IMG/VR virus record: IMGVR_UViG_3300008952_000004
Location: 96,001 to 160,000 of that record
Strand: one strand, 5' to 3'
DNA length: 64,000 nucleotides
DNA from: a virus
Shown here: positions 60,748-64,000 of the stretch, piece after piece
Layout of the letters: each line of letters starts with the position of its first letter
Position numbering within the stretch: position 1 is the stretch's first letter
Program-made: the position numbers and the translations under genes
Notes under the pieces: model-generated
What the model was told of the DNA's origin: nothing
Databases searched by the model: none
The model's input: only the letters and a program-made list of their open reading frames with translations

Positions 60748-61183
60748 AATAGTTATGGACCGGACCAAACTTAAAATACCTTGCGAGCCGGTTACTAGTT
60801 TAGAAGAGGGCATGGAAATCGCAAACCGCCTTATTCAGATTCTTGATAGACAATCTAATGCTGTTGGGTTGGCAGCGAATCAGGCGGGTATAAACAAACA
60901 GGTGTGTGTTATCAGGGTCGATCGCACGCTAATTTTAATAAATCCTGAAATAGTTGATGTGTCTGGAGAGATTTCTTATACTGAGGGGTGCTTATCGTTT
61001 CCGAATGAACAAGTCGCGACAAAAAGATTTTTTTCAATTTCTGTTAAAGCCGATAATTATAAAGAAATTCAGAGTTTTATACCAAACGGTCCAAACAGTC
61101 TGTTGGAATGTGTTTGTATACAACATGAAGTTGATCACCTGATGGGGTTGACGATGCACGATCGCGCAAGGGAGGATGTGTAG
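60740..61183 (+). CDS. def: Peptide deformylase
   Basis: 'VGLAANQ', 'EGCLS', 'QHEVDHL.G'. Confidence 0.95.
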   Translation: MSEIVMDRTKLKIPCEPVTSLEEGMEIANRLIQILDRQSNAVGLAANQAGINKQVCVIRVDRTLILINPEIVDVSGEISYTEGCLSFPNEQVATKRFFSISVKADNYKEIQSFIPNGPNSLLECVCIQHEVDHLMGLTMHDRAREDV

Positions 61184-61186
61184 CTT

Positions 61187-61381
61187 ATGTCTAGGATGCT
61201 TATAAAAAAAATAATTACTCTATTAGAAGAGAGAATAGATGAACATGAGCCCTTTCTTGCTGATGACGAGGGTTATCACGAGGGATATATTGACGCCTGC
61301 CGCTGGCTCGAAAACAAAGTAGAAGACATGGTTTTAGACTATAACGAGTTAGACGAGGATGAAAACGATCAACAATGGTAA
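61187..61381 (+). CDS. Small acidic hypothetical protein
   Basis: GGAGG RBS; 64 aa. Confidence 0.45.
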   Translation: MSRMLIKKIITLLEERIDEHEPFLADDEGYHEGYIDACRWLENKVEDMVLDYNELDEDENDQQW

Positions 61382-61602
61382 AAAAAGAAAATTATAATGA
61401 ATTTAAAGTTGGTGACATGATAAGAATAACAAAAGCGCAAGATTGTGTTGGGTTTATTTTAGAATTATCGGATACGTGGACACCCAGCCAAAAACACCAC
61501 GCTAAGGTTTTCTGGATTGCGGGGGACTATGCTGAAACTTCATCTGCGCCAACTTGGATGCCTGTAAACTTATTAGAATGTATATCAAAAAATAAAAATT
61601 GA
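61375..61602 (+). CDS. Small SH3/KOW-like protein
   Basis: 'FKVGDMIRI...GFILE...AKVFW...W.PVNLLE'. Confidence 0.55.
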   Translation: MVKKENYNEFKVGDMIRITKAQDCVGFILELSDTWTPSQKHHAKVFWIAGDYAETSSAPTWMPVNLLECISKNKN

Positions 61603-61624
61603 AAAGCCAAAAAGAGAGTGCGTC

Positions 61625-61900
61625 TTGACAGATATAAAAATTATTAAATATCAGTATCAGGTGGGTGATTTAATCACGTTCAGACGCTACAACGCAACAG
61701 CAATTCGCCGGGAAGAAGTGGTTGCTCTTGTCGTAAAGAGAAATGTGCTGAGTTCATTTTGGTATGAAGAAGCAGAAAGAAAAGTTTTTCAAACGGGGCA
61801 AGATTTTCTGATCTACGATGTTGTGGTTTGTGACAGCGGTCAGCGATTTTCTATTAAAGAAGGAGATATTATAAGAGTTATTTCAACAAAGGATGATTAA
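61625..61900 (+). CDS. Small SH3/KOW-like protein
   Basis: 'YQVGDLITF...ALVVKR...YDVV'. Confidence 0.5.
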   Translation: MTDIKIIKYQYQVGDLITFRRYNATAIRREEVVALVVKRNVLSSFWYEEAERKVFQTGQDFLIYDVVVCDSGQRFSIKEGDIIRVISTKDD

Positions 61901-61932
61901 CATTTATCTTTATTTGTATTATTATTGTTACT

Positions 61933-62886
61933 ATGGAAAACATAAATACTATCTTTAGAGATCGTGGTGGATACGTTGGATTGGTGGATCGCGTTGGCAG
62001 CGACTTAACCATACTTAACAATCCCCATTCGTCTCCCGACAAAAAACTTGAAATAACCGATGCAGACCATTATAAAATTGAGCGTTTGATCGATCGAGAG
62101 CGTGATGACGTGCTAGCTGGTTGCAGTGCGATGTTTAAGATTCGCGCCCCGCTCTTTGTTGCTCGCGAACATACGTCTTTAGCTGATTGGAATTGCACCG
62201 AACTAGACAAATATCTTGCAACTCCAAACACAAAGTTTTACGAACCCGGTGCTTATAGAGCGCAGGTTCGACATGGGTTCGATGAAGAAGTAATTAATCC
62301 CGTCTTGCAAGATAAAGTTAGACTAGCTAGATTTCGAGTCTATCGCACCACTCGTGCATTAAGTATGCATCACGAAATGTCGTTGCAGCTATACAAAAAT
62401 ATGGTACAAGCGGGCATATGCCAAGAACAGGCTATGGCAACGTTGCCGCAAAACGTCTATGTCGAATATTACGCTGCTGCTAGTTTAGACAATATTTTAA
62501 AGTTTACAAACTTAATCACTGATGAAAAATCTTTACCAGAATTGAGAGAGATCGCGAAAGCCGTACTAAATATAATTAGAGAAGAGTTTCCTGTGACTAC
62601 ACACAAATGGGAAAGCTCTGTTCGTAGAAAAAAAGCTGAAGTCGCTCAAAGATTTAATAAACTAAGTCAATTGATTGATGCTAGTGAGAAACTGCACCAA
62701 GCACAAGTTGAACAAATTATAAAAATTAAAGAGCGCTTCCTTCATGGCGAGGAGAAAAATAAAGATGAAAATGCCGAAAATAACATATCAAAAGGGCAGC
62801 AAGGGTCAGGAAGTTCGGAGGCTCCAAAAAGCACTGGGCGTAAAGCCCGATGGAGTTTTTGGAAAAAGAACAGGAGAAGCGGTTAA
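61933..62886 (+). CDS. thyX: ThyX-fold protein with degenerate catalytic motifs
   Basis: Scaffold motifs 'GYV.LVD..GSDL.I.N', 'F.I.APLFVAR', 'FY.P...R.Q', 'G.C.EQA...LPQN.Y.EY', 'LREIA..V..II...FP.T' are kept; RHRx7S and HxSPFE are absent. Confidence 0.7.
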   Translation: MENINTIFRDRGGYVGLVDRVGSDLTILNNPHSSPDKKLEITDADHYKIERLIDRERDDVLAGCSAMFKIRAPLFVAREHTSLADWNCTELDKYLATPNTKFYEPGAYRAQVRHGFDEEVINPVLQDKVRLARFRVYRTTRALSMHHEMSLQLYKNMVQAGICQEQAMATLPQNVYVEYYAAASLDNILKFTNLITDEKSLPELREIAKAVLNIIREEFPVTTHKWESSVRRKKAEVAQRFNKLSQLIDASEKLHQAQVEQIIKIKERFLHGEEKNKDENAENNISKGQQGSGSSEAPKSTGRKARWSFWKKNRRSG

Positions 62887-63604
62887 GCTTTATCAGTTCG
62901 ATAATCAACTGAGCACGGATGGCATTGTTGGACCTTTGACCTTAGCTTCCTTGGGACTTGAACATTCCCATGGCATTGATGTTAGTCGTTGGAATGGCAA
63001 TATCCGCTGGGGCAATATTGATTTAGACAATTGTCAATACGCTTGGGTTAAATGTTCACAAGGTGTTGATTGGTATGATAAGAAGAGGGAGCATAATTTC
63101 CAAGGCGCCCGATCAATGAACATCCCAGTTGGTGGATATCATTTTCCGTCGCCCCACATCGGCAACTCTCAAGATCCAAAGAAAGAGGTGCAGCAATTCC
63201 TTCGGGCGCTGGGAACCATTCAGTCTGGTGATATGTTACCAGTGCTGGACCTAGAAGCGGGGGTTAAAGGTGACCCCGAGCACAATAGACAGTGGGCTTT
63301 GGAATTCTTAAAAGAATTTGAAGCCGAAACTGGAATCCGTTGTGCAGTTTATACTGCTAGATGGTATGTGGGTTCGTACCTTAAAGGGAAGATTGGCGAT
63401 CTTAAAAATTATCCGCTATGGGTTGCGGACTATACCAACAGCAGAACAGAACCAGATTCTCTATGCGGCTGGGATGAATGGTCTATTTGGCAATGGACAG
63501 GTAGTGGCTATGTCGCAGGGCTGGACGAAACAGGCATACGCAGGGTGGACCGAAATATTATCCCCGGTGGAAAAGCTGGCTTTGATAAGCTAAGGGTAAA
63601 ATAA
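62765..63604 (+). CDS. Endolysin: peptidoglycan-binding domain + GH25 muramidase
   Basis: 'GSKG.EVRRLQKALG...DG.FG..T..AVK.YQ....L..DGIVGP.T' PG-binding domain; 'GIDVS.W.G', 'GGYHF', 'LDLE', 'LWVADY', 'WQWT..G'. Confidence 0.93.
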   Translation: MKMPKITYQKGSKGQEVRRLQKALGVKPDGVFGKRTGEAVKLYQFDNQLSTDGIVGPLTLASLGLEHSHGIDVSRWNGNIRWGNIDLDNCQYAWVKCSQGVDWYDKKREHNFQGARSMNIPVGGYHFPSPHIGNSQDPKKEVQQFLRALGTIQSGDMLPVLDLEAGVKGDPEHNRQWALEFLKEFEAETGIRCAVYTARWYVGSYLKGKIGDLKNYPLWVADYTNSRTEPDSLCGWDEWSIWQWTGSGYVAGLDETGIRRVDRNIIPGGKAGFDKLRVK

Positions 63605-63605
63605 T

Positions 63606-63776
63606 ATGTATAGAATTAAAATGGTCTGGGCTGCTATTAAGCACAAGTTGGGTCTTGGAAAACATATGACTCGACTTGACGCAGCTAAATTAATCCTTGC
63701 TTGGGCAATTATTAATAAATTTTTATTTTAAATTGCGATTCAACTGTTTAATCCCCTAATTAAAATAAGGACATAA
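63606..63776 (+). CDS. Small membrane protein (56 aa, not in ORF track)
   Basis: MYRIKMVWAAIKHKLGLGKHMTRLDAAKLILAWAIINKFLFLIAIQLFNPLIKIRT directly after the endolysin. Confidence 0.4.
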
Positions 63777-63802
63777 GGAGGCAGTCGAATTTACAGCATG
63801 GG

Positions 63803-64000
63803 ATAACTTGGCAAATAGGACTAGCGCTCTTCGTCGCCAACTTCTATGAGTGGGTAGTTCACAAATATGTTTTACACAATTTAGGTAAAAAATATAAGTT
63901 CTTACGCTTTCACTGGTCCCATCATCAATCAACTCGAAAAACAGATGGTTATGACTTTGACTACAAAACTTTATTTCCATTATCAAAAGAAGCAATCTCG
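63803..64000 (+). CDS. Fatty acid hydroxylase/sterol desaturase-family protein, 3'-truncated; no in-frame ATG
   Basis: Frame reads ITWQIGLALFVANFYEWVVHKYVLH...FHWSHH, with His boxes HxxxxH and HxxHH. Confidence 0.6.
   Translation, partial: MTWQIGLALFVANFYEWVVHKYVLHNLGKKYKFLRFHWSHHQSTRKTDGYDFDYKTLFPLSKEAIS

Noticed and set aside
169-63995. Numerous minus-strand and alternative-frame ORFs in the track (e.g. 964-1596, 14995-15948, 45297-45905)
   Set aside because: They are shadows of strong + strand genes, with no RBS, no motifs and antisense-codon composition.
1-64000. Stop-codon reassignment (alternative genetic code)
   Set aside because: Conserved genes (MCP, sheath, DnaE, RNR, GroEL) are full length in the standard code, and TAA, TGA and TAG all appear as real stops.

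Overview
A 64-kb segment of a large T4-like (myovirus) bacteriophage genome. All credible genes are on the + strand, and the standard genetic code reads through cleanly. The order is: partial tail fibre, head and tail morphogenesis (1-20.8 kb), DNA replication, recombination and nucleotide metabolism (22-40 kb), then a long accessory region (41-64 kb). The replication block holds a minimal PolA-family domain, a tubulin-like protein, SSB, FKBP, RecA, 5'-3' exonuclease, helicase, class II RNR, DnaE, dUTPase and IMPDH-like genes. The accessory region holds GroEL, ClpP, Hsp20, glutaredoxin, a Mom-like enzyme, peptide deformylase, lipid-modifying enzymes, a degenerate ThyX and a GH25 endolysin. Two promoter classes are visible: sigma70-type TTGACA-N16/17-TAnnnT and a CTAWTTA box upstream of virion genes. 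The most striking signal is a tandem cassette (52.8-58.9 kb, with outliers at 41-46 kb) of unrelated domains sharing a short N-terminal leader (MKLIMENWRxFxxE or MxITxxxLKxMIxE) that ends in an L/I-x-E prohead-protease-type site. I interpret this as a modular capsid-loading system for polymorphic virion cargo. The cassette also carries a likely homolog of the myxobacterial gliding protein CglF/GltF, which hints at a Myxococcota/Bdellovibrionota-like host. Other highlights are a +1/-2 slippery site in the tail chaperone, a duplicated covarying RNA hairpin motif before slyD and recA, and several enzyme folds with eroded catalytic motifs. All family assignments come from motif recognition by eye; no database search was run.
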